64,000 nt of DNA from Eledone cirrhosa. Its lineage: Eukaryota. The DNA lies in contig OZ024751.1 of the NCBI GenBank assembly GCA_964016885.1, positions 30,504,001-30,568,000 of the forward strand, given 5' to 3'. How positions within the stretch are numbered: the first letter of the stretch is position 1; each line of letters begins with the position of its first letter. Of this stretch, positions 45,526 through 57,554 are shown in pieces. The translations under genes were made by a program, and so were the position numbers. Below the pieces are notes generated by a model. That model was not told the DNA's origin. It worked only from the letters and a program-made list of their open reading frames with translations, and made no database searches.

Positions 45526-45994
45526 ATCTATCTATCTTACTGAGAAGAACAATTTCAAAACAACAACAAAATACTTTGTGAGCTTTAGATGTTTGACGTC
45601 ACTTCTCCGACTCTTGCTGGTTATTTCTAAACTGATGTGTGATGGAAGCCAGCTGAAGGTGGCGCTTAATTGAACACTTTTACTGTCTTGATATCAACCT
45701 TTGCTCCCAACCCACAACTCCAGGCTATTTGACAGCCACGTGATAAATCGCAGTTTTCTTTCTCCTTACTATATCACATAGCGTGGCTCGTGGGAGCTAA
45801 AAAAAGATACAAACAAAACAAAAACAGGAAGAAAATGAATAGAAAAAAGAAAGGAATTAAGATAGACAAACTAAAAACAAATGGAATTCTTCAAACTCTG
45901 ATCTTCTTTTATACTTTTGCTACGTTTTGTTACTAGTTCTTAAGAAACTGATACCTTAATCTCTCTTCTTCTCTTTATCTATGTCTGTCTTTTT

Positions 45995-46061
<67 letters not shown>

Positions 46062-46298
46062 CATTTAGAAACACACAGATACATGCGGACACACACATAT
46101 ATACATGAATGCATCCGCACCCAACTGTGAGTTAAGGGTGCCAACTTCACCGATGTTGCTCAATGAATGACTGGGACAGACCAATTCAGTTTGAACCAGA
46201 CTGAACCAGTATCAGAGTTAAAAATACATTATGAAGAGAGAAGAAACATTTAGATATAATTAGTAATAAAATGTATCATACCTAAACTGTTCCTAAAT

Positions 46299-46386
46299 TC
46301 CTCGACTACGTAGTTTCGTGGCATAAACAAAAACAATATATCAAAGATATAGAGTCCCTGCGAGGTCTGCCGACTTATCAAGAGGA
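46299..46386 (-). ncRNA. Type I hammerhead ribozyme, U3-A8 core variant (inverted copy)
   Basis: Exact reverse complement of 48426-48513. Confidence 0.75.
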
Positions 46387-46889
46387 TACCTCATTTTACT
46401 AGTCTCAAGAACGCGTCTACACGACGTGAGAAAGAATCCCAAAAGGCGGAGGGGGAGATAGTCACGCGATATAACGGTCGAGAAACAGAGCTAAGCCTCT
46501 TATAACCACGAAAAAAATACCACGGAGGCGGAGGGGGCATTCATATCGAGGCCGTAGAAGAGGTAGTGAAGAAGGCGAGAAGTATGAGTAATGGAAGCTT
46601 TCCAGTTGTCCCCACACTTCAAAGATTGCTCGACCAGAGGGAGTTATTAATACATTTAGAAACACACAGATACATGCGGACACACACATATATATATGAA
46701 TGCATCCGCACCCAACTGTGAGTTAAGGGTGCCAACTTCACCGATGTTGCTCAATGAATGACTGGGACAGACCAATTCAGTTTGAACCAGACTGAACCAG
46801 TATCAGAGTTAAAAATACATTATGAAGAGAGAAGAAACATTTAGATATAATTAGTAATAAAATGTATCATACCTAAACTGTTCCTAAAT

Positions 46890-46977
46890 TCCTCGACTAC
46901 GTAGTTTCGTGGCATAAACAAAAACAATATATCAAAGATATAGAGTCCCTGCGAGGTCTGCCGACTTATCAAGAGGA
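46890..46977 (-). ncRNA. Type I hammerhead ribozyme, U3-A8 core variant (inverted copy)
   Basis: Exact reverse complement of 47835-47922. Confidence 0.75.
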
Positions 46978-47834
46978 TACCTCATTTTACTAGTCTCAAG
47001 AACGCGTCTACACGACGTGAGAAAGAATCCCAAAAGGCGGAGGGGGAGATAGTCACGCGATATAACGGTCGAGAAACAGAGCTAAGCCTCTTATAACCAC
47101 GAAAAAAATACCACGGAGGCGGAGGGGGCATTCATATCGAGGCCGTAGAAGAGGTAGTGAAGAAGGCGAGAAGTATGAGTAATGGAAGCTTTCCAGTTGT
47201 CCCCACACTTCAAAGATTGCTCGACCAGAGGGAGTTATTAATACATTTAGAAACACACAGATACATGCGGACACACACATATATACATGAATGCATCCGC
47301 ACCCAACTGTGAGTTAAGGGTGCCAACTTCACCGATGTTGCTCAATGAATGACTGGGACAGACCAATTCAGTTTGAACCAGACTGAACCAGTATCAGAGT
47401 TAACATTTTTAACTCTGATACTGGTTCAGTCTGGTTCAAACTGAATTGGTCTGTCCCAGTCATTCATTGAGCAACATCGGTGAAGTTGGCACCCTTAACT
47501 CACAGTTGGGTGCGGATGCATTCATGTATATATGTGTGTGTCCGCATGTATCTGTGTGTTTCTAAATGTATTAATAACTCCCTCTGGTCGAGCAATCTTT
47601 GAAGTGTGGGGACAACTGGAAAGCTTCCATTACTCATACTTCTCGCCTTCTTCACTACCTCTTCTACGGCCTCGATATGAATGCCCCCTCCGCCTCCGTG
47701 GTATTTTTTTCGTGGTTATAAGAGGCTTAGCTCTGTTTCTCGACCGTTATATCGCGTGACTATCTCCCCCTCCGCCTTTTGGGATTCTTTCTCACGTCGT
47801 GTAGACGCGTTCTTGAGACTAGTAAAATGAGGTA

Positions 47835-47922
47835 TCCTCTTGATAAGTCGGCAGACCTCGCAGGGACTCTATATCTTTGATATATTGTTTTTGTTTATGC
47901 CACGAAACTACGTAGTCGAGGA
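47835..47922 (+). ncRNA. Type I hammerhead ribozyme, U3-A8 core variant
   Basis: Stem I TCCTC(47835-39)/GAGGA(47918-22); core TTGATAA(47840-46); stem II GT(C)GGCA..TGCCAC with a long loop; GAAA(47904-07); palindromic stem III A-CTACGTAG-T; GUC triplet with predicted cleavage after 47917. Confidence 0.75.
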
Positions 47923-48425
47923 ATTTAGGAACAGTTTAGGTATGATACATTTTATTACTAATTATATCTAAATGTTTCTTCTCTCTTCATAATGTATTTT
48001 TAACTCTGATACTGGTTCAGTCTGGTTCAAACTGAATTGGTCTGTCCCAGTCATTCATTGAGCAACATCGGTGAAGTTGGCACCCTTAACTCACAGTTGG
48101 GTGCGGATGCATTCATGTATATATGTGTGTGTCCGCATGTATCTGTGTGTTTCTAAATGTATTAATAACTCCCTCTGGTCGAGCAATCTTTGAAGTGTGG
48201 GGACAACTGGAAAGCTTCCATTACTCATACTTCTCGCCTTCCTCACTACCTCTTCTACGGCCTCGATATGAATGCCCCCTCCGCCTCCGTGGTATTTTTT
48301 TCGTGGTTATAAGAGGCTTAGCTCTGTTTCTCGACCGTTATATCGCGTGACTATCTCCCCCTCCGCCTTTTGGGATTCTTTCTCACGTCGTGTAGACGCG
48401 TTCTTGAGACTAGTAAAATGAGGTA

Positions 48426-48513
48426 TCCTCTTGATAAGTCGGCAGACCTCGCAGGGACTCTATATCTTTGATATATTGTTTTTGTTTATGCCACGAAACT
48501 ACGTAGTCGAGGA
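48426..48513 (+). ncRNA. Type I hammerhead ribozyme, U3-A8 core variant (copy)
   Basis: Identical to 47835-47922, shifted by 591 bp; predicted cleavage after 48508. Confidence 0.75.
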
Positions 48514-48582
48514 ATTTAGGAACAGTTTAGGTATGATACATTTTATTACTAATTATATCTAAATGTTTCTTCTCTCTTCATA

Positions 48583-48616
<34 letters not shown>

Positions 48617-49304
48617 GCCTTCCTTTCTGTGTCTTTCTTTCGCACACTCTTTTTCTTTCTCTTTCGCTCGCTCTCTACATCTCTACCTATGTCACTCTCT
48701 GTCTGTCTCTCTCTCTCTGTCTGTCACTCTCCCATTCTCACTCCAAAGCGCTCTCTACCTCCTTCCCTCCCCTTTCTCTCTCTCTTTCACCCACTCTCTC
48801 TCTCTCTCCCTCTCATGTACACGCTCATACACATGCATTCACAAAATTACACCAATGTGCACGCTATGTTAAATATGTGCGTGCATGCATAAGCATGTGC
48901 CTGTGTGAATATTTGTGTATGTGTGTGTGCATCTGTATGTGTGTATCTGTGTGTTTGTATGTACGTGTGCCTATATGTGTGTGGGTATGTACGTGTGTGT
49001 ATGTTTGTGTTTGCGTGTATTTGTGAGTGTATATGCGTATTTGTATGTATATCGGTACGTGTTTGTCTATGTCCTTGTGTTTGTGCGTATGTTTGTATAT
49101 GTTCTTGTGTGTGTCTGTATGTGTGTGTGAGAGAGAGAGAGTGTGTGTGTGTGTGAATGCGTGAGCGTGTGTGCTTTTGTTTTGTGTGTGAGTATATTAC
49201 ATTGTAAAACCCAGCCCAGAGTTGATTGTAATCCCATTAGGTATTATTTCACCTTCACCCCACACTTCACATCAACTTATCAATCTTTGAAAACTAACAC
49301 AACA

Positions 49305-49334
49305 TTTACTACTACTACTACTACCACCACCACC

Positions 49335-49366
<32 letters not shown>

Positions 49367-49436
49367 CACCACTACCACCACCACCACCACCACCACCACC
49401 ACCACTACTACTACTACTACTACCACCACTACCACC

Positions 49437-49468
<32 letters not shown>

Positions 49469-49732
49469 AACCACTACTACTACTACTACTACTACTAGTA
49501 GTCATTTCTATTATAATAATTGTTTCTGATTTAGGCACAAGGCCAACAAATTTGAAGTTAGGGAAAGTTGATTAAATGACCCCAATGCGTTACTGGTACT
49601 TTATTTTATCGACCCCGTAAGGATAAAAATCAAAGCTAACCTCGATGGGATTTGAACTCAGAATGTAAAGGAAGTAACTGTTTGCCGTGAATCATGTTGT
49701 CCGACGTTCTACAGATACTGCCAATCCACCGC
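49305..49732 (-). mobile_element. SINE family 2 (49518-49732) with adjacent (ACT/ACC)n expansion
   Basis: Family 2 core on the minus strand; trinucleotide tract 49305-49500. Confidence 0.75.
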
Positions 49733-49826
49733 TCTTACTACTACTACTACTACTACTACAACAATAATATATTATATGCTGTGGTGCAGGCTCAAACTGA
49801 ATCAATGATTTTATAAAATTCTAGGA

Positions 49827-50000
49827 TAGCTGTCGCCAAACTTTCGGACCTCACGGACCATTAAATTCATAATTTTAAATCCCGCAGACCACTAATATGA
49901 ATTTTTTTAAAAAGATAAATACATTAAAATTTTTCGGCGGACCACCAACATTTTCTCTCGGACCACCAGTGGTCCATGGACCACCGGTTGGCGACCGCTT
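49827..50000. mobile_element. hAT-type MITE
   Basis: TIRs TAGCTGTCGCCAA / TTGGCGACCGCTT; perfect 8-bp TSD TTCTAGGA. Confidence 0.8.
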
Positions 50001-50336
50001 TTCTAGGAAGAGCTGGACAGCAGAGGGTCATCCAGAGAAGAAGAAAAATCCACCACACCCTAAAGCATATTTATTAGCAGTGCAGTGTCTGTTTAGCAGG
50101 TGCTTCTCTCGTTCAGTAACAGTAGTTTGTTAGTATATAACTGACAGAAAGCTTGGTAAAACTAACAACAGTCCTGGTGGTCGCCAACCAGACGTCAGGC
50201 TCTGAGTTAACTCCTCATTAAAACAAAATTGCTAAACATTCAAACACCGACTTTCACATTGAAGTATTTCCACTTAGATTTTGTTTTTGCTTTGCTTTTA
50301 GACATACGTGTAAAACGGGCTTTGTATTACCTTATT

Positions 50337-50395
<59 letters not shown>

Positions 50396-50406
50396 TATAT
50401 GATATG

Positions 50407-50442
<36 letters not shown>

Positions 50443-50593
50443 TACATATCATATATATATGTATATATATGTATATATATATGAGTGTACAATGTAAGTG
50501 TGTGCGTGTATGTTTGTATATGTATATATATTTACATGTCTATTTATATGTGTATGCAAGTATGTATATATATTTGGTGATCTCTCTCTCTCC

Positions 50594-50624
<31 letters not shown>

Positions 50625-51043
50625 CTTACATATACACATACACACATATACTACATGTTGTAAATTAAAGTAAACGATAAACTTATGGTTGCTTGTGTGT
50701 GTGTATTAGTATGCGTGTGTAGGAAAATGTATGTAAGTGAGTCTATAGGTATGTGCAAACACGCTGTACATTTTACATATGCTTCTAATTGTGTACGTAA
50801 CATGTGTGAGTGTTTTTTGTGTTTGTAAATATAGGTGTGTTTGTGTATAGTAATTGTGTTGAGCAGTTGTTAGTGAATGTTTCATGTGCTAACACGTTAT
50901 TTTAGACAACTCTGCAGACATAACATCTATCCATTGGAACTCCCAATACGGTTTTCTACCTATAAAAGACATCTGATACTCTATATGTCCATATGTGAGA
51001 CGATGGCCCTCTATACACATATATACATCTATCTACCTATCTA

Positions 51044-51120
<77 letters not shown>

Positions 51121-51188
51121 GGAAGCAGAAAATTGCTTTTTGTGATCCAGTTCGTGGTTAAGAAAGCCAGTTTCATGGATATATATAT

Positions 51189-51382
51189 AATGAAGGAAGT
51201 GTGGTAAGGAATCAGATGGACCATAACGCACCAGAGTACTCAATACTTAGGGTAGTAGAGTGGGAAATAGGAACAAGTATAACCCCGACGGCAGAGCTCA
51301 AGCCGTTTCGACGGCTATTTCTGTCCAGAAATAGCCGTCGAAACGGCTTGAGCTCTGCCGTCGAGGTCATACTTGTTCCTAT
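51189..51382 (-). mobile_element. Family A element with 57-bp-arm fold-back hairpin (51267-51382)
   Basis: Arms 51267-51323 and 51326-51382 with 2 mismatches; family A tail at 51189-51266; TA flanks. Confidence 0.75.
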
Positions 51383-51388
51383 ATATAT

Positions 51389-51475
<87 letters not shown>

Positions 51476-51679
51476 GTATATATATGTATATATATATATA
51501 TATGTATATGCGTGTGTGCGTGTGTGTGTATATACATATATATATATGAGTCTGCGTGTTTATATCTAGGTGTGTGTGTTAGTAAAAATGTGTTAATATG
51601 TACAGTGTGTGGCAATTGTTGGTGTGTATATGCATGTAAGTTATATATACGTATGTATATGTGTGTGTATGTATGTATG

Positions 51680-51711
<32 letters not shown>

Positions 51712-51883
51712 GTATGTGTGTGAGAGGTGTTGAGGCCGTTTTCTATGTGATGTTATGTGTGGAGGCCGAGTTATTTACAACAACATACTTCAATCCGTAA
51801 AAAAATGTAATTACAACGTTTTAGGTGAGAGAACGAACGAGAAGAGAAAAGAGATGAAAGAGAGAGAAGGAGAGAGTGATAGT

Positions 51884-51914
<31 letters not shown>

Positions 51915-52227
51915 GAAGAACAAGAAGAAGTAAGACAAGACATACATAAATAGAAAAAGACTAAATAAACTAAAAATTATATAAAGAGATGCTAGAAAAA
52001 GTTCATCACGTACAACAGATGCTTTCTCAACATGTGTTTTAACGGAGGGGATCCCACATTAAGAAAGCAACATGGAAAGTTACTTTAACTACAACAAGTC
52101 ATAAATGTTGAGATAAGATTTTACTGTTTCCAACGTTGTAATAACCTGATTGTTATTCAACAGAATGTCTTTTCCACAACACACAAAACACAGGTATGAT
52201 GTGTATATGTGTATATATGTATGTGTC

Positions 52228-52258
<31 letters not shown>

Positions 52259-52277
52259 ATTTATGTATGTGTATATA

Positions 52278-52320
<43 letters not shown>

Positions 52321-52412
52321 GTATAAACATATATATATGTATGTATGTATGTATATATATATGTGTGTGTGTGTGTGTTTGTATAATATATATATGCGTA
52401 CATAATATATAT

Positions 52413-52969
52413 GGTGGCTGCCAACTCGTTTTCGAGTACGGCCACTACTTTATATCCATGTAGGAGAACCCCTACCGATGCGCTGAACGAATGTGACTTT
52501 TTAGTCCAGCCAGCGACTTGAAAACTCTGGTACAAAGACTACACTTGTGACCATTATTGACACATAGTGCAGGGCCCATGGTACCATGTGATGACAAGTG
52601 CAGAGAGATCTCCAGATATAAAGCAATGCCTGTGCTGTGAAGCTTTTATAGTGAGCAAAGGCACTGCACAAAGCCAGTCCCACTCTCTTAACCAAGATGA
52701 TATTTACCAAAAAGAAGAACAAGTCAACATCATTGGATACCATCAGGGTTGCAGGTGTTATATCAGAGTTTTCCTTCTCCTAGAATTCTGCCTTGACAAA
52801 GGCTAAGGGGTCATCTCTCCCAGTGATTTTGGATGGCTATTGACTCTTAAGAGCTCCCTTGCCCTTTGACAGGTTTTGTTTTTAGTCCTGCAGGATGTCC
52901 AAAGTCACCCTCCTCACCAAGAAACCTTGGTGGGGTTGCCAGTTTAGTCGCCAACGACCCGACCATGAG
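52413..52969 (-). mobile_element. Non-autonomous RTE-derived element, TSD-bounded copy
   Basis: RTE-like 5' UTR (plus-strand AGTTTTCCTTCTCCTAG..GGCTAAGG, GGGGTTGCCAGTTTAGTCGCC) and 3' end TACTCGAAAACGAGTTGGCAGCCA; TSD ACATAATATATAT. Confidence 0.7.
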
Positions 52970-53498
52970 ACATAATATATATATATATATGTATACATAC
53001 ACATATACATAGATACATGCACCACGCTGTGGTGGTCGTCATGGTGGTGGTGGTGGTGGTGGTGGTGGTGGTGGTGGTGGTGGTGGTGGTGGTGGTAGTA
53101 GTAGTAGTAGTAGCAAAGGGAATGAGTGGGTGTCAAAAGCAATTATTTTTATTATAAGACAGAAAACTTTGGATAAACGCTAACACACAACAGCAACAAA
53201 AAATAACGTACTCATACTCACACACACATGCACACATATACACACACATACATACACACACGCACGGACAAACAACAACCAACGCACGCATACGTACATG
53301 TATGCATACGCTCACATACACATACACACATACATTCAAAAACTATCACCATCACCACCACCACCACCACTATGGCCACCACCACAACCTCCCCCCTCTT
53401 CACCACACGACACATAACTGAGATGTCAATTGGACCAAAATTCAAGATGGCAGAAGACGAGACAAGAAACAACAAAGTTAACGAAACGAAATATAAAG

Positions 53499-53556
<58 letters not shown>

Positions 53557-53717
53557 ATGTATGTATGTGTATATATATGAAAATATTCTTACTCATATAT
53601 ATATATATATATACATATATACATATATACATATATATATACATACATACACACATACATACGCACACACACACACATACACACACCCATATATATATAT
53701 ATATGTAGATATATATA

Positions 53718-53793
<76 letters not shown>

Positions 53794-54006
53794 CATTCTG
53801 AAGCAAATAAAAACAATGTATACACACTGTAGTTTATCAACAGAATATATCAGGGATTAAAAAAATTCCTGACAGAAAATGGAGAACTGAAACCAAGCAC
53901 CATTTTACCATTCAATGTCATTTACTATCACATATTATGTTTATCTAATCTATTTTTAGTTTCCTCATAGTTTGGCGTTTTCTTCATCTTCTCATCACCT
54001 ACGTCA

Positions 54007-54392
54007 TAACCCTAACCCCAAATATAAACCTAACTCTAACTCTAACCCTAAGCCTAATCCCAACCCTAACCTCAACCCTAACTTTAATCTTAACCCTAAC
54101 CCTAGCCCTAAACTTAACCCTAACTCTATTCCCGACTCTAGCCTTAAACCCAACCATAATCTTAACTCTTATCCTGACCCTAAACCTAACCCTAACCTTA
54201 ACTCAAAGCAGAACCCTAACCTTAACCCTAACCCTAACACTAATCCTAACCCTAACACTAATCCTAACCCTAACCCTAAATCTAACCCTAACCCTAACCC
54301 TAACTCTAACCCTAACTCCAACCCTAACTCTCACACCAACCTTAACCCAACCCTAATTCTAACCCCAACACTAACCTAACCCTAACCTTAAC
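54007..54392. repeat. Degenerate telomere-like (CCCTAA)n tract
   Basis: About 60 hexamers of TAACCC with variants. Confidence 0.85.
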
Positions 54393-54637
54393 ATCTCTTT
54401 ATTTAATTAAGCCATAAGTCCGACTCCATTTTGAGTGATACCAGGTGACGTAGTAGTCCAGAAGTTAAGTTGTTACTTATTTCAATCTCACGTTGAAACA
54501 GTTTTATACAATTCTTATGTCGTATTTTCAGATTTTACACTCAACACATTTTTACCTATATAATCTATTAATTTTAATTGTTTTTCTCTTTTCACTTTGT
54601 GTGTATGTGTGTCTGTATTTATTTGTGTGTGCGTGTT

Positions 54638-54685
<48 letters not shown>

Positions 54686-54689
<4 letters not shown>

Positions 54690-54756
54690 GTCATCAAGTA
54701 TGAAATTTGTAGAAAAAAAACCCAAATTTCTACAAATTTCATACTTGACGACCCAA
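54686..54756. mobile_element. 71-bp mariner-like mini-element (two ~30-bp TIRs only)
   Basis: TTGGGTCATCAAGTATGAAATTTGTAGAAA / TTTCTACAAATTTCATACTTGACGACCCAA with TA flanks. Confidence 0.55.
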
Positions 54757-54760
54757 TATA

Positions 54761-54796
<36 letters not shown>

Positions 54797-54871
54797 TATA
54801 TGTATGTATGTATTTATGTGTTTGGAGCGAAAGACAGATTAGACTATCGAAAACAAAAATTAGAGAAGTGT

Positions 54872-54994
<123 letters not shown>

Positions 54995-55730
54995 ATTATT
55001 TATTTATGCATGAAAGTTTCTAAGCCCTAACAGAGAGAAGGCCTTTTTCAAGAACAACAAGATAACAAGAAACACACAAATAGCTTTATTTCTTCTGAAA
55101 CCTTATATATATATATTTGTGTGTGTGTGTGTGTGTGCGTGTGTATATATTGTATGTGTGTGTGAAGGCCTTTTTCTTTCCTTAATGGAAGCTAGGCCAA
55201 CGAAGCCAACGAATTAGGAACAACATAGAAAAAAGACCCTTAAAATAACAGGAAAAAAGGAACAAATAGCTTCATTTCTTCTCAAACCTTTTGTCAGTTT
55301 AGATTAATGGTGTTGCGTTGTCATCGGGGTTACAACTGACATGTTTATTATTTAAACACTGCAGATCTAACATGTTTTCTACTTTGCTCCTATCAATCAT
55401 TATCCGCCGTTTCCGTTTTCTTCTACTTTGCACTAACATCTCCATTATAATATATATTATTCGACAGTGGTCATCTGATTACGAATCTTCCATCCTTCGA
55501 TTAAATACTATTGCTTAAGTGTATAGGTCTCTCTCTTTTATAAATAGCATCACACATCGCATTTCTAGTTCTCTTTATGCATATATCTCACACACACACA
55601 CACACACACAGACACACACACACAGACACACATGTATCAAATTCATGTTTCGTTTATTTCTTTTTTTTTCTTGTGCAGCACAAAAACGTATTCAATGAAT
55701 ATTTGTAGCAGAATGTGTTTAAGAGCCTAA

Positions 55731-55766
<36 letters not shown>

Positions 55767-55775
55767 TATATGTAT

Positions 55776-55888
55776 GTTCTTCTGGTTTTATAATTTCACA
55801 AAGTTTTACCAATAGAGAGAGAGTCGGTTTCTAACATAGACACAAGACTCTCTCATTGGAATTTACACAACATCAACTAGGTAGATAT
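55776..55888 (-). mobile_element. (TACA)n-tailed short element, also at 26466-26598 (+)
   Basis: CTACCTAGTTGATGTTGTGTAAATTCCAATGAGAGAGTCTTGTGTCTATG..GAAATTATAAAACCAGAAGAA-(CATA)n in both copies. Confidence 0.7.
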
Positions 55889-56198
55889 GTATGTATGCAC
55901 GTGTCGATATGGATGTTATTGTATGTATTATGTATGTATGTATGTAAGTATGTATGGATGGTATTGTATGTATGTATATATGTATTATGTATGTATGATG
56001 TGTATATATGTATGATGTAGATATATACATACATATATTTATATATAAATTTTGACATAGCCAAGGAACATACCTTAACGGTTGAAGTTTTCCTTGGATA
56101 GTGTCGAGTGCTCTGAATCAGTTATAAACATTTATATTTGTTCAATTACCAACAAATTGAATATCCCTTCTGCTTATATATATATATATATATATATA

Positions 56199-56326
56199 TA
56201 GGAACAAGTAAGACCCCGACGGCAGAGCTCAAGTCTTAATTGTTCCTATTACCCACTCTACTACCCTAAGTATTGAGTATTTTGGTGCGTTATGGTCCAT
56301 CTGGTTCCTTACCACAATTCCTTCGT
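56199..56326 (+). mobile_element. Family A element with internally deleted fold-back
   Basis: TAGGAACAAGTAAGAC..GTCTTAATTGTTCCTA arms followed by the family A tail; (TA)n flanks. Confidence 0.7.
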
Positions 56327-56362
<36 letters not shown>

Positions 56363-56433
56363 TATATATGTTTGTATATATATATATATTTATACTCACA
56401 CACATGTATACATACATTATGCATTTATATACT

Positions 56434-56660
56434 CAGTGGCGGTGGAACGGGGTCGATGCCCCCTCAAATAATTATATTTTCTCTCCAAACTACCAAACCA
56501 CACGTCTATTTATATATTTGCTACAATTTATGTACATGTTATGTTTATCGCATATCGAACTTTTCTGATCATTTTAGAGTGCAAAGAACTAAACTAATCC
56601 CTACAACTAAATTGTCCAAATTTGACCCCCAACAATTTAGAAATGCTTCCACTGCCTCTG
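56434..56660. mobile_element. Probable hAT-like MITE
   Basis: CAGTGGCGGTGGAA / TTCCACTGCCTCTG inverted ends; TSD imperfect. Confidence 0.5.
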
Positions 56661-56668
56661 TATATGTG

Positions 56669-56758
<90 letters not shown>

Positions 56759-57103
56759 CACCTATCAGACGAGCTGAACACAGTTTTTCCTTTTTACTCC
56801 CTGATTCCACCTTGAGCTAACCTGGGAGACTGACGGTTTGATAAATATCATGTTGATCCAGTAATTCAAGATGTAAATATTAACATCCGTGTGTTTTGGC
56901 TACCTGGATATCTAAATTCCTCATCAGTAGCCCAAATATGTCTTCACCTTTTGAATATTTATATATGTATTCTTGTATGTAGGTAGGCATGTCTGTGTGC
57001 GTGTGTGTATGCATGTATTTATGTATGTAGATATGTATGTATGTATTTAGGTATGTATATATGTATATAGGTATGTATATGTATATATGTATGTAAATAA
57101 TTA

Positions 57104-57154
<51 letters not shown>

Positions 57155-57351
57155 ATATGTATATAAATATATATAGATGTATGTATGTATATATATATAA
57201 ATGTTTATATATATTTATATACTTTATAAATAACTATTTCTACTTTTGGCACAAGGCCAGCAATTTTCCCAGTGTATTACTGGTACTTTATTTTATCGAC
57301 CCCGTAAGGATGGAAGCGAAAGTTAACCTCGGTTGGATTTGAACTCAGACC

Positions 57352-57446
57352 ATACTTTATAAATAACAATCAAAGAGTGTTTAAGAACATTTAAATTTAG
57401 TAATTAAATGTTCTTAAACACTCTTTGATTGTTATTTATAAAGTAT
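57352..57446. repeat. Perfect 43-bp-arm hairpin with 9-nt loop
   Basis: ATACTTTATAAATAACAATCAAAGAGTGTTTAAGAACATTTAA and its reverse complement. Confidence 0.9.
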
Positions 57447-57554
57447 TTATAAAGTATTTCGGCTCTGTATTATATTTGTTATTTTACATTGAACTATTCT
57501 CATACTTGTAATTGGATAATATTTAATATTACCTACATTTATATATATTTATCT

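Larger units (their letters stand above)
46057..48588. mobile_element. Retrozyme-like / Penelope pseudo-LTR-like array of a 591-bp hammerhead-containing unit, head-to-head (left arm minus-sense ~2.3 units, right arm plus-sense 2 units), inserted in (TA)n
   Basis: The 591-bp period is seen directly (identical 75-aa ORFs at 46462/47053 and 47532/48123). Inversion centre ~47406. Only ~2 substitutions noticed among copies. (TA)n flanks on both sides and one hammerhead fold per full unit. Confidence 0.8.

Noticed and set aside
47532-47759. 75-aa ORF present four times in the 591-bp array
   Set aside because: Repeated only because the unit is repeated; starts in a TG-rich patch and has no recognisable domain.
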